A DNA stretch of 64,000 bases, from the NCBI GenBank assembly GCA_964016885.1, contig OZ024740.1, positions 138,198,001-138,262,000 of the forward strand, read 5' to 3'. The first letter of the stretch is position 1. Each line of letters begins with the position of its first letter. Below, in pieces: positions 11,301 to 24,679 of this stretch. The DNA is from Eledone cirrhosa. Taxonomy: Eukaryota. The position numbers and the translations under genes are program-made. The notes below the pieces were generated by a model. It had not been told where the DNA came from, did not search any database, and was given only the letters and a program-made list of their open reading frames with translations.

Positions 11301-14300
11301 ATCTCCAATTCTCTCTTTCTCTTATCACTTTTCTCTCAATCTCCAATTCTCTCTTTCTCTTATCACTTTTCTCTCAATCTCTAATTCTCTCTTTCTCTTA
11401 TCACTTTCTCTCTCAATCTCCAATTCTCTCTTTTTCTTATCACTTTTCCCTCAATCTCCAATTCTCTCTTTCTCTTATCACTTTTCTCTCAATCTCCAAT
11501 TCTCTCTTTCTCTTATCACTTTTCTCTCAATCTCCAATTCTCTCTTTCTCTTATCACTTTTCTCTCAATCTCCAATCCTCTCTTTCTCTTATCACTTTTC
11601 TCTCAATGTCCAATTCTCTCTGTTTCTTATCACTTTTCTCTCAATCTCCAATTCTCTCTTTCTCTTATCACTTTTCTCTCAATCTCCAATTCTCTCTTTC
11701 TCTTATCACTTTTCTCTCAATCTCCAATTCTCTCTTTCTCTTATCACTTTTCTCTCAATCTCCAATTCTCTCTCTCTCTTATCACTTTCTCTCTCAATCT
11801 CCAATTCTCTCTTTCTCTTATCACTTTTCTCTCAATATCCAATTCTCTCTCTCTCTTATCACTTTTCTCTCAATCTCCAATTCTCTCTTTCTCTTATCAC
11901 TTTTCTCTCAATCTCCAATTCTCCCTTTCTCTTATCACTTTTCTCTCAATCTCCAATTCTCTCTTTCTCTCATCACTTTTCTCTCAATCTCCAATTCTCT
12001 CTTTCTCTTATCACTTTTCTCTCAATCTCCAATTCTCTCTTTCTCTTATCACTTTTCTCTCAATCTCCAATTCTCTCTTTCTCTTATCACTTTTCTCTCA
12101 ATCTCCAATTCTCTCTTTCTCTTATCACTTTTCTCTCAATCTCTAATTCTCTCTTTCTCTTATCACTTTTCTCTCAATCTCCAATTCTCTCTTTCTCTTA
12201 TCACTTTTCTCTCAATCTCCAATTCTCTCTTTCTCTTATCACTTTTCTCTCAATCTCCAACTCTCCCTTTCTCTTATCACTTTTCTCTCAATCTCCAATT
12301 CTCTCTTTTTCTTATCACTTTTCTCTCAATCTCTAATTCTCTCTGTTTCTTATCACTTTTCTCTCAATATCTAATTCTCTCTTTCTCTTATCACTTTCTC
12401 TCTCAATCTCCAATTCTCTCTTTTTCTTATCACTTTTCCCTCAATCTCCAATTCTCTTTTTCACTTATCACTTTTCTCTCAATCTCCAATTCTCCCTTTC
12501 TCTTATCACTTTTCTCTCAATCTCCAATTCTCTCTTTCTCTTATCACTTTTCTCTCAATCTCTAATTCTCTCTTTCTCTTATCACTTTCTCTCTCAATCT
12601 CCAATTCTCTCTTTTTCTTATCACTTTTCCCTCAATCTCCAATTCTCTCTTTCTCTTATCACTTTTCTCTCAATCTCCAATTCTCTCTTTCTCTTATCAC
12701 TTTTCTCTCAATCTCCAATTCTCTCTTTCTCTTATCACTTTTCTCTCAATCTCCAATCCTCTCTTTCTCTTATCACTTTTCTCTCAATGTCCAATTCTCT
12801 CTGTTTCTTATCACTTTTCTCTCAATCTCCAATTCTCTCTTTCTCTTATCACTTTTATCTCAATCTCCAATTCTCTCTTTCTCTTATCACTTTTCTCTCA
12901 ATCTCCAATTCTCTCTTTCTCTTATCACTTTTTTCTCAATCTCCAATTCTCTCTCTCTCTTATCACTTTCTCTCTCAATCTCCAATTCTCTCTTTCTCTT
13001 ATAACTTTTCTCTCAATATCCAATTCTCTCTCTCTCTTATCACTTTTCTCTCAATCTCCAATTCTCTCTTTCTCTTATCACTTTTCTCCCAATCTCCAAT
13101 TCTCTCTGTTTCTTATCACTTTTCTCTCAATCTCCAATTCTCTCTTTCTCTTATCACTTTTCTCTCAATCTCCAATTCTCTCTTTCTCTTATCACTTTTC
13201 TCTCAATCTCCAATTCTCTCTTTCTCTAATCACTTTTCTCTCAATCTCCAATTCTCTCTCTCTCTTATCACTTTGTCTCTCAATCTCCAATTCTCTCTTT
13301 TTCCTATCACTTTTCCCTCAATCTCCAATTCTCTCTTTCTCTTATCAGTTTTCTCTCAATCTCCAATTCTCTCTCTCTCATATCACTTTTCTCTCAATCT
13401 CCAATTTTCTCTTTCTCTTATCACATTTCTCTCAATCTCCACTTCTCTCTTTCTCTTATCACTTTTCTCTCAACCTCCCATTCTCTCTTTCTCTTATGAC
13501 TTTTCTCTCAATCACCAATTCTCTCTGTCTCTTATCACTTTTCTCTCAATCACCAATTCTCTCTGACTCTGATAACTTTTCTCTCAATCTCCAAATCTCT
13601 CTTTCTCTTATCACTTTTCTCTCAATCTCCAATTCTCTCTTACTCTTATCACTTTTCTCTCAATCTCCAATTCTCTCTTTCTCTCATCACTTTTCTCTCA
13701 ATCTCCAATTCTCTCTTTCTCTTATCACTTTTATCTCAATCTCCAATTCTCTCTTTCTCTTATCACTTTTCTCTCAATCTCGAATTCTCTCTTTCTCTTA
13801 TCACTTTTCTCTCAATCTCCAATTCTCTCTTTCTCTTATCACTTTTCTCTCAATCTCCAATTCTCTCTTTCTCTTATCACTTTCTCTCTCAATCTCCAAT
13901 TCTCTCTTTCTCTTATCACTTTTCTCTCAATCTCCAATTCTCTCTTTCTCTTATCACTTTTCTCTCAATCTCCAATTCTCCCTTTCTCTTATCACTTTTC
14001 TCTCAATCTCCAATTCTCTCTTTCTCTTATCACTTTCCTCTCAATCTCTAATTCACTCTTTCTCTTATCACTTTCTCTCTCAATCTCCAATTCTCTCTTT
14101 TTCTTATCACTTTTCCCTCAATCTCCAATTCTCTCTTTCTCTTATCACTTTTCTCTCAATCTCCAATTCTCTCTTTCTCTTATCACTTTTCTCTCAATCT
14201 CCAATTCTCTCTTTCTCTTATCACTTTCCTCTCAATCTCTAATTCTCTCTTTCTCTTATCACTTTTATCTCAATCTCCAATTCTCTCTTTCTCTTATCAC

Positions 14301-17080
14301 TTTTCTCTCAATCTCCAATTCTCTCTTTCTCTTATCACTTTTTTCTCAATCTCCAATTCTCTCTCTCTCTTATCACTTTCTCTCTCAATCTCCAATTCTC
14401 TCTTTCTCTTATAACTTTTCTCTCAATATCCAATTCTCTCTCTCTCTTATCACTTTTCTCTCAATCTCCAATTCTCTCTTTCTCTTATCACTTTTCTCCC
14501 AATCTCCAATTCTCTCTGTTTCTTATCACTTTTCTCTCAATCTCCAATTCTCTCTTTCTCTTATCACTTTTCTCTCAATCTCCAATTCTCTCTTTCTCTA
14601 ATCACTTTTCTCTCAATCTCCAATTCTCTCTCTCTCTTATCACTTTGTCTCTCAATCTCCAATTCTCTCTTTTTCCTATCACTTTTCCCTCAATCTCCAA
14701 TTCTCTCTTTCTCTTATCAGTTTTCTCTCAATCTCCAATTCTCTCTCTCTCATATCACTTTTCTCTCAATCTCCAATTTTCTCTTTCTCTTATCACATTT
14801 CTCTCAATCTCCACTTCTCTCTTTCTCTTATCACTTTTCTCTCAACCTCCCATTCTCTCTTTCTCTTATGACTTTTCTCTCAATCACCAATTCTCTCTGT
14901 CTCTTATCACTTTTCTCTCAATCACCAATTCTCTCTGACTCTGATAACTTTTCTCTCAATCTCCAAATCTCTCTTTCTCTTATCACTTTTCTCTCAATCT
15001 CCAATTCTCTCTTACTCTTATCACTTTTCTCTCAATCTCCAATTCTCTCTTTCTCTCATCACTTTTCTCTCAATCTCCAATTCTCTCTTTCTCTTATCAC
15101 TTTTATCTCAATCTCCAATTCTCTCTTTCTCTTATCACTTTTCTCTCAATCTCCAATTCTCTCTTTCTCTTATCACTTTTCTCTCAATCTCCAATTCTCT
15201 CTTTCTCTTATCACTTTTCTCTCAATCTCCAATTCTCTCTTTCTCTTATCACTTTTCTCTCAATCTCCAATTCTCTCTTTCTCTTATCACTTTTCTCTCA
15301 ATCTCCAATTCTCTCTTTCTCTTATCACTTTTCTCTCAATCTCCAATTCTCTCTTTCTCTTATCACTTTTCTCTCAATCTCTAATTCTCTCTTTCTCTTA
15401 TTACTTTTCTCTCAATCTCCAATTCTCTCTTTCTCTTATCACTTTTCTCTCAATCTCCAATTCTCTCTTTCTCTTATCACTTTTCTCTCAATCTCAAATT
15501 CTCTCTTTCTCTTATCACTTTTCTCTCAATCTCCAATTCTCTCTTTCTCTTATCACTTTTCTCTCAATCTCCAATTCTCCCTTTCTCTTATCACTTTTCT
15601 CTCAATCTCCAATTCTCTCTTTTTCTTATCACTTTTCTCTCAATCTCTAATTCTCTCTGTTTCTAATCACTTTTCTCTCAATCTCCAATCCTCTCTTTCT
15701 CTTATCACTTTTCTCTCAATGTCCAATTCTCTCTGTTTCTTATCACTTTTCTCTCAATCTCCAATTCTCTCTTTCTCTTATCACTTTTCTCTCAATCTCC
15801 AATTCTCTCTTTCTCTTATCACTTTTCTCTCAATCTCCAATTCTCTCTTTCTCTTATCACTTTTCTCTCAATCTCCAATTCTCTCTCTCTCTTATCACTT
15901 TCTCTCTCAATCTCCAATTCTCTCTTTCTCTTATCACTTTTCTCTCAATATCCAATTCTCTCTCTCTCTTATCACTTTTCTCTCAATCTCCAATTCTCTC
16001 TTTCTCTTATCACTTTTCTCCCAATCTCCAATTCTCTCTGTTTCTTATCACTTTTCTCTCAATCTCCAATTCTCTCTTTCTCTTATGACTTTTCTCTCAA
16101 TCACCAATTCTCTCTGTCTCTTATCACTTTTCTCTCAATCACCAATTCTCTCTGACTCTGATAACTTTTCTCTCAATCTCCAAATCTCTCTTTCTCTTAT
16201 CACTTTTCTCTCAATCTCCAATTCTCTCTTACTCTTATCAGTTTTCTCTCAATCTCCAATTCTCTCTTTCTCTCATCACTTTTCTCTCAATCTCCAATTC
16301 TCTCTTTCTCTTATCACTTTTATCTCAATCTCCAATTCTCTCTTTCTCTTATCACTTTTCTCTCAATCTCGAATTCTCTCTTTCTCTTATCACTTTTCTC
16401 TCAATCTCCAATTCTCTCTTTCTCTTATCACTTTTCTCTCAATCTCCAATTCTCTCTTTCTCTTATCACTTTTTTCTCAATCTCCAATTCTCTCTTTCTC
16501 TTATCACTTTTCTCTCAATCTCCAATTCTCTCTTTCTCTTATCACTTTTCTCTCAATCTCCAATTCTCTCTTTCTCTTATCACTTTTCTCTCAATCTCTA
16601 ATTCTCTCTTTCTCTTATCACTTTTCTCTCAATCTCCAATTCTCTCTTTCTCTTATCACTTTTTTCTCAATCTCCAATTCTCTCTTTCTCTTATCACATT
16701 TCTCTCAATCTCCAATTCTCTCTTTCTCTTATCACTTTTCTCTCAATCTCCAATTCTCTCTTTCTCTTATCACTTTTCTCTCAATCTCCAATTCTCCCTT
16801 TCTCTTATCACTTTTCTCTCAATCTCCAATTCTCTCTTTTTCTTATCACTTTTCTCTCAATCTTTAATTCTCTCTGTTTCTTATCACTTTTCTCTCAATC
16901 TCTAATTCTCTCTTTCTCTTATCACTTTCTCTCTCAATCTCCAATTCTCTCTTTTTTTATCACTTTTCCCTCAATCTCCAATTCTCTCTTTCTCTTATCA
17001 CTTTTCTCTCAATCTCCAATACTCTCTTTCTCTTATCACTTTTCTCTCAATCTCCAATTCTCTCTTTCTCTTATCACTTT
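2340..17080. repeat. ~8.3 kb higher-order duplication (approx. 2340-8780 copied at approx. 10560-17080)
   Basis: GACTCTGATAAC markers pair as 2750/10974 (offset 8224), 5151/13565 (8414), 6637/14937 and 7854/16154 (8300). ATG-variant monomers pair as 3382/11606 (8224), 4525/12787 (8262) and 7419/15719 (8300). The offsets differ by multiples of 38. Confidence 0.85.
8301..11650. repeat. Direct tandem duplication of a 1675-bp (44-monomer) unit
   Basis: Rare variants repeat at offset 1675: CACATT 8398/10073, AATACTC 8721/10396, TTTATTCTC 9086/10761, GACTCTGATAAC 9299/10974, ATG variant 9931/11606. Confidence 0.92.
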
Positions 17081-18499
17081 TCTCTCAATCTCTAATTCTC
17101 TCTTTCTCTTATCACTTTCTCTCTCAATCTCCAATTCTCTCTTTTTCTTATCACTTTTCCCTCAATCTCCAATTCTCTCTTTCTCTTATCACTTTTCTCT
17201 CAATCTCCAATTCTCTCTTTCTCTTATCACTTTTCTCTCAATCTCCAATTCTCTCTTTCTCTTATCACTTTTCTCTCAATCTCCAATCCTCTCTTTCTCT
17301 TATCACTTTTCTCTCAATGTCCAATTCTCTCTGTTTCTTATCACTTTTCTCTCAATCTCCAATTCTCTCTTTCTCTTATCACTTTTCTCTCAATCTCCAA
17401 TTCTCTCTTTCTCTTATCACTTTTCTCTCAATCTCCAATTCTCTCTTTCTCTTATCACTTTTCTCTCAATCTCCAATTCTCTCTCTCTCTTATCACTTTC
17501 TCTCTCAATCTCCAATTCTCTCTTTCTCTTATCACTTTTCTCTCAATATCCAATTCTCTCTCTCTCTTATCACTTTTCTCTCAATCTCCAATTCTCTCTT
17601 TCTCTTATCACTTTTCTCTCAATCTCCAATTCTCCCTTTCTCTTATCACTTTTCTCTCAATCTCCAATTCTCTCTTTCTCTTATCACTTTTCTCTCAATC
17701 TCCAATTCTCTCTTTCTCTTATCACTTTTCTCTCAATCTCCAATTCTCTCTTTCTCTTATCACTTTTCTCTCAATCTCCAATTCTCTCTTTCTCTTATCA
17801 CTTTTCTCTCAATCTCCAATTCTCTCTTTCTCTTATCACTTTTCTCTCAATCTCTAATTCTCTCTTTCTCTTATCACTTTTCTCTCAATCTCCAATTCTC
17901 TCTTTCTCTTATCACTTTTCTCTCAATCTCCAATTCTCTCTTTCTCTTATCACTTTTCTCTCAATCTCCAATTCTCTTTCTCTTATCACTTTTCTCTCAA
18001 TCTCCAATTCTCTCTTTCTCTTATCACTTTTCTCTCAATCTCCAACTCTCCCTTTCTCTTATCACTTTTCTCTCAATCTCCAATTCTCTCTTTTTCTTAT
18101 CACTTTTCTCTCAATCTCTAATTCTCTCTGTTTCTTATCACTTTTCTCTCAATATCTAATTCTCTCTTTCTCTTATCACTTTCTCTCTCAATCTCCAATT
18201 CTCTCTTTTTCTTATCACTTTTCCCTCAATCTCCAATTCTCTTTTTCACTTATCACTTTTCTCTCAATCTCCAATTCTCCCTTTCTCTTATCACTTTTCT
18301 CTCAATCTCCAATTCTCTCTTTCTCTTATCACTTTTCTCTCAATCTCTAATTCTCTCTTTCTCTTATCACTTTCTCTCTCAATCTCCAATTCTCTCTTTT
18401 TCTTATCACTTTTCCCTCAATCTCCAATTCTCTCTTTCTCTTATCACTTTTCTCTCAATCTCCAATTCTCTCTTTCTCTTATCACTTTTCTCTCAATCT

Positions 18500-21400
18500 C
18501 CAATTCACTCTTTCTCTTATCACTTTTCTCTCAATCTCCAATCCTCTCTTTCTCTTATCACTTTTCTCTCAATGTCCAATTCTCTCTGTTTCTTATCACT
18601 TTTCTCTCAATCTCCAATTCTCTCTTTCTCTTATCACTTTTCTCTCAATCTCCAATTCTCTCTTTCTCTTATCACTTTTCTCTCAATCTCCAATTCTCTC
18701 TTTCTCTTATCACTTTTCTCTCAATCTCCAATTCTCTCTCTCTCTTATCACTTTCTCTCTCAATCTCCAATTCTCTCTTTCTCTTATAACTTTTCTCTCA
18801 ATATCCAATTCTCTCTCTCTTATCACTTTTCTCTCAATCTCCAATTCTCTCTTTCTCTTATCACTTTTCTCCCAATCTCCAATTCTCTCTGTTTCTTATC
18901 ACTTTTCTCTCAATCTCCAATTCTCTCTTTCTCTTATCACTTTTCTCTCAATCTCCAATTCTCTCTTTCTCTTATCACTTTTCTCTCAATCTCCAATTCT
19001 CTCTTTCTCTAATCACTTTTCTCTCAATCTCCAATTCTCTCTCTCTCTTATCACTTTCTCTCTCAATCTCCAATTTTCTCTTTTTCCTATCACTTTTCCC
19101 TCAGTCTCCAATTCTCTCTTTCTCTTATCAGTTTTCTCTCAATCTCCAATTCTCTCTCTCTCATATCACTTTTCTCTCAACCTCCCATTCTCTCTTTCTC
19201 TTATGACTTTTCTCTCAATCACCAATTCTCTCTGTCTCTTATCACTTTTCTCTCAATCACCAATTCTCTCTGACTCTGATAACTTTTCTCTCAATCTCCA
19301 AATCTCTCTTTCTCTAATCACTTTTCTCTCAATCTCCAATTCTCTCTTACTCTTATCACTTTTCTCTCAATCTCCAATTCTCTCTTTCTCTCATCACTTT
19401 TCTCTCAATCTCCAATTCTCTCTTTCTCTTATCACTTTTATCTCAATCTCCAATTCTCTCTTTCTCTTATCACTTTTCTCTCAATCTCGAATTCTCTCTT
19501 TCTCTTATCACTTTTCTCTCAATCTCCAATTCTCTCTTTCTCTTATCACTTTTCTCTCAATCTCCAATTCTCTCTTTCTCTTATCACTTTTCTCTCAATC
19601 TCCAATTCTCTCTTTCTCTTATCACTTTTCTCTCAATCTCCAATTCTCTCTTTCTCTTATCACTTTTCTCTCAATCTCCAATTCTCTCTTTCTCTTACCA
19701 CTTTTCTCTCAATCTCTAATTCTCTCTTTCTCTTATCACTTTTCTCTCAATCTCCAATTCTCTCTTTCTCTTATCACTTTTCTCTCAATTTCCAATTCTC
19801 TCTTTCTCTTATCACTTTTCTCTCAATCTCCAATTCTCTCTTTCTCTTATCACTTTTCTCTCAATCTCCAATTCTCTCTTTCTCTTATCACTTTTCTCTC
19901 AATCTCCAATTCTCCCTTTCTCTTATCACTTTTCTCTCAATCTCCAATTCTCTCTTTTTCTTATCACTTTTCTCTCAATCTCTAATTCTCTCTGTTTCTT
20001 ATCACTTTTCTCTCAATCTCATATTCTCTCTTTCTCTTATTACTTTTCTCTCAATCTCCAATTCTCTCTCTCTCTTATCACTTTCTCTCTCAATCTCCAA
20101 TTCTCTCTTTCTCTTATCACTTTTCTCTCAATATCCAATTCTCTCTCTCTCTTATCACTTTTCTCTCAATCTCCAATTCTCTCTTTCTCTTATCACTTTT
20201 CTCCCAATCTCCAATTCTCTCTGTTTCTTATCACTTTTCTCTCAATATCCAATTCTCTCTTTCTCTTATCACTTTTCTCTCAATCTCCAATTCTCTCTTT
20301 CTCTTATCACTTTTCTCTCAATCTCCAATTCTCTCTTTCTGTTATGACTTTTCTCTCAATCACCAATTCTCTCTGTCTCTGATCACTTTTCTCTCAATCT
20401 CTAATTCTCTCTTTCTCTTATCACTTTTCTCTCAATCTCCAATTCTCTCTTTCTCTTATCACTTTTCTCTCAATCTCCAATTCTCTCTTTCTCTTATCAC
20501 TTTTCTCTCAATCTCCAATTCTCTCTTTCTCTTATCACTTTTCTCTCAATCTCCAATTCTCTCTTTCTCTTATCACTTTTCTCTCAATCTCCAACTCTCC
20601 CTTTCTCTTATCACTTTTCTCTCAATCTCCAATTCTCTCTTTTTCTTATCACTTTTCTCTCAATCTCTAATTCTCTCTGTTTCTTATCACTTTTCTCTCA
20701 ATATCTAATTCTCTCTTTCTCTTATCACTTTCTCTCTCAATCTCCAATTCTCTCTTTTTCTTATCACTTTTCCCTCTATCTCCAATTCTCTTTTTCACTT
20801 ATCACTTTTCTCTCAATCTCCAATTCTCCCTTTCTCTTATCACTTTTCTCTCAATCTCCAATTCTCTCTTTCTCTTATCACTTTTCTCTCAATCTCCAAT
20901 TCTCTCTTTCTCTTATCACTTTTCTCTCAATCTCCAATTCTCTCTTTCTCTTATCACTTTTCTCTCAATCTCCAATTCTCTCTTTCTCTTATCACTTTTC
21001 TCTCAATCTCCAATTCTCTCTTTCTCTTATCACTTTTCTCTCAATCTCCAATTCTCTCTATCTCTTATCACTTTTCTCTCAATCTCTAATTCTCTCTTTC
21101 TCTTATCACTTTTCTCTCAATCTCCAATTCTCTCTTTCTCTTATCACTTTTCTCTCAATCTCCAATTCTCTCTTTCTCTTATCACTTTTCTCTCAATCTC
21201 CAATTCTCTCTTTCTCTTATCACTTTTCTCTCAATCTCCAATTCTCTCTTTCTCTTATCACTTTTCTCTCAATCTCCAACTCTCCCTTTCTCTTATCACT
21301 TTTCTCTCAATCTCCAATTCTCTCTTTTTCTTATCACTTTTCTCTCAATCTCTAATTCTCTCTGTTTCTTATCACTTTTCTCTCAATCTCTAATTCTCTC

Positions 21401-24400
21401 TTTCTCTTATCACTTTCTCTCTCAATCTCCAATTCTCTCTTTTTCTTATCACTTTTCCCTCAATCTCCAATTCTCTCTTTCTCTTATCACTTTTCTCTCA
21501 ATCTCCAATTCTCTCTTTCTCTTATCACTTTTCTCTCAATCTCCAATTCACTCTTTCTCTTATCACTTTTCTCTCAATCTCCAATCCTCTCTTTCTCTTA
21601 TCACTTTTCTCTCAATGTCCAATTCTCTCTGTTTCTTATCACTTTTCTCTCAATCTCCAATTCTCTCTTTCTCTTATCACTTTTCTCTCAATCTCCAATT
21701 CTCTCTTTCTCTTATCACTTTTCTCTCAATCTCCAATTCTCTCTTTCTCTTATCACTTTTCTCTCAATCTCCAATTCTCTCTCTCTCTTATCACTTTCTC
21801 TCTCAATCTCCAATTCTCTCTTTCTCTTATAACTTTTCTCTCAATGTCCAATTCTCTCTCTCTCTTATCACTTTTCTCTCAATCTCCAATTCTCTCTTTC
21901 TCTTATCACTTTTCTCCCAATCTCCAATTCTCTCTGTTTCTTATCACTTTTCTCTCAATCTCCAATTCTCTCTTTCTCTTATCACTTTTCTCTCAATCTC
22001 CAATTCTCTCTTTCTCTTATCACTTTTCTCTCAATCTCCAATTCTCTCTTTCTCTAATCACTTTTCTCTCAATCTCCAATTCTCTCTCTCTCTTATCACT
22101 TTCTCTCTCAATCTCCAATTTTCTCTTTTTCCTATCACTTTTCCCTCAGTCTCCAATTCTCTCTTTCTCTTATCAGTTTTCTCTCAATCTCCAATTCTCT
22201 CTCTCTCATATCACTTTTCTCTCAACCTCCCATTCTCTCTTTCTCTTATGACTTTTCTCTCAATCACCAATTCTCTCTGTCTCTTATCACTTTTCTCTCA
22301 ATCACCAATTCTCTCTGACTCTGATAACTTTTCTCTCAATCTCCAAATCTCTCTTTCTCTAATCACTTTTCTCTCAATCTCCAATTCTCTCTTACTCTTA
22401 TCACTTTTCTCTCAATCTCCAATTCTCTCTTTCTCTCATCACTTTTCTCTCAATCTCCAATTCTCTCTTTCTCTTATCACTTTTATCTCAATCTCCAATT
22501 CTCTCTTTCTCTTATCACTTTTCTCTCAATCTCGAATTCTCTCTTTCTCTTATCACTTTTCTCTCAATCTCCAATTCTCTCTTTCTCTTATCACTTTTCT
22601 CTCAATCTCCAATTCTCTCTTTCTCTTATCACTTTTCTCTCAATCTCCAATTCTCTCTTTCTCTTATCACTTTTCTCTCAATCTCCAATTCTCTCTTTCT
22701 CTTATCACTTTTCTCTCAATCTCCAATTCTCTCTTTCTCTTACCACTTTTCTCTCAATCTCTAATTCTCTCTTTCTCTTATCACTTTTCTCTCAATCTCC
22801 AATTCTCTCTTTCTCTTATCACTTTTCTCTCAATTTCCAATTCTCTCTTTCTCTTATCACTTTTCTCTCAATCTCCAATTCTCTCTTTCTCTTATCACTT
22901 TTCTCTCAATCTCCAATTCTCTCTTTCTCTTATCACTTTTCTCTCAATCTCCAATTCTCCCTTTCTCTTATCACTTTTCTCTCAATCTCCAATTCTCTCT
23001 TTTTCTTATCACTTTTCTCTCAATCTCTAATTCTCTCTGTTTCTTATCACTTTTCTCTCAATCTCATATTCTCTCTTTCTCTTATTACTTTTCTCTCAAT
23101 CTCCAATTCTCTCTCTCTCTTATCACTTTCTCTCTCAATCTCCAATTCTCTCTTTCTCTTATCACTTTTCTCTCAATATCCAATTCTCTCTCTCTCTTAT
23201 CACTTTTCTCTCAATCTCCAATTCTCTCTTTCTCTTATCACTTTTCTCCCAATCTCCAATTCTCTCTGTTTCTTATCACTTTTCTCTCAATATCCAATTC
23301 TCTCTTTCTCTTATCACTTTTCTCTCAATCTCCAATTCTCTCTTTCTCTTATCACTTTTCTCTCAATCTCCAATTCTCTCTTTCTCTTATGACTTTTCTC
23401 TCAATCACCAATTCTCTCTGTCTCTGATCACTTTTCTCTCAATCTCTAATTCTCTCTTTCTCTTATCACTTTTCTCTCAATCTCCAATTCTCTCTTTCTC
23501 TTATCACTTTTCTCTCAATCTCCAATTCTCTCTTTCTCTTATCACTTTTCTCTCAATCTCCAATTCTCTCTTTCTCTTATCACTTTTCTCTCAATCTCCA
23601 ATTCTCTCTTTCTCTTATCACTTTTCTCTCAATCTCCAACTCTCCCTTTCTCTTATCACTTTTCTCTCAATCTCCAATTCTCTCTTTTTCTTATCACTTT
23701 TCTCTCAATCTCTAATTCTCTCTGTTTCTTATCACTTTTCTCTCAATATCTAATTCTCTCTTTCTCTTATCACTTTCTCTCTCAATCTCCAATTCTCTCT
23801 TTTTCTTATCACTTTTCCCTCAATCTCCAATTCTCTTTTTCACTTATCACTTTTCTCTCAATCTCCAATTCTCCCTTTCTCTTATCACTTTTCTCTCAAT
23901 CTCCAATTCTCTCTTTCTCTTATCACTTTTCTCTCAATCTCCAATTCTCTCTTTCTCTTATCACTTTTCTCTCAATCTCCAATTCTCTCTTTCTCTTATC
24001 ACTTTTCTCTCAATCTCCAATTCTCTCTTTCTCTTATCACTTTTCTCTCAATCTCCAATTCTCTCTTTCTCTTATCACTTTTCTCTCAATCTCCAATTCT
24101 CTCTATCTCTTATCACTTTTCTCTCAATCTCTAATTCTCTCTTTCTCTTATCACTTTTCTCTCAATCTCCAATTCTCTCTTTCTCTTATCACTTTTCTCT
24201 CAATCTCCAATTCTCTCTTTCTCTTATCACTTTTCTCTCAATCTCCAATTCTCTCTTTCTCTTATCACTTTTCTCTCAATCTCCAATTCTCTCTTTCTCT
24301 TATCACTTTTCTCTCAATCTCCAACTCTCCCTTTCTCTTATCACTTTTCTCTCAATCTCCAATTCTCTCTTTTTCTTATCACTTTTCTCTCAATCTCTAA

Positions 24401-24500
24401 TTCTCTCTGTTTCTTATCACTTTTCTCTCAATATCTAATTCTCTCTTTCTCTTATCACTTTCTCTCTCAATCTCCAATTCTCTCTTTTTCTTATCACTTT
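18500..24500. repeat. Direct tandem duplication of a ~3045-bp (~80-monomer) unit
   Basis: AATTCACTC 18507/21550 (3043), GACTCTGATAAC 19272/22317, GAATTC 19489/22534, TTACCAC ~19698/22743 and CTCTATCTC 21060/24105 (all 3045). The 2-bp shift is explained by a 36-bp monomer at 18800. Confidence 0.9.
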
Positions 24501-24679
24501 TCCCTCAATCTCCAATTCTCTTTTTCACTTATCACTTTTCTCTCAATCTCCAATTCTCCCTTTCTCTTATCACTTTTCTCTCAATCTCCAATTCTCTCTT
24601 TCTCTTATCACTTTTCTCTCAATCTCCAATTCTCTCTTTCTCTTATCACTTTTCTCTCAATCTCCAATTCTCTCTTTCT

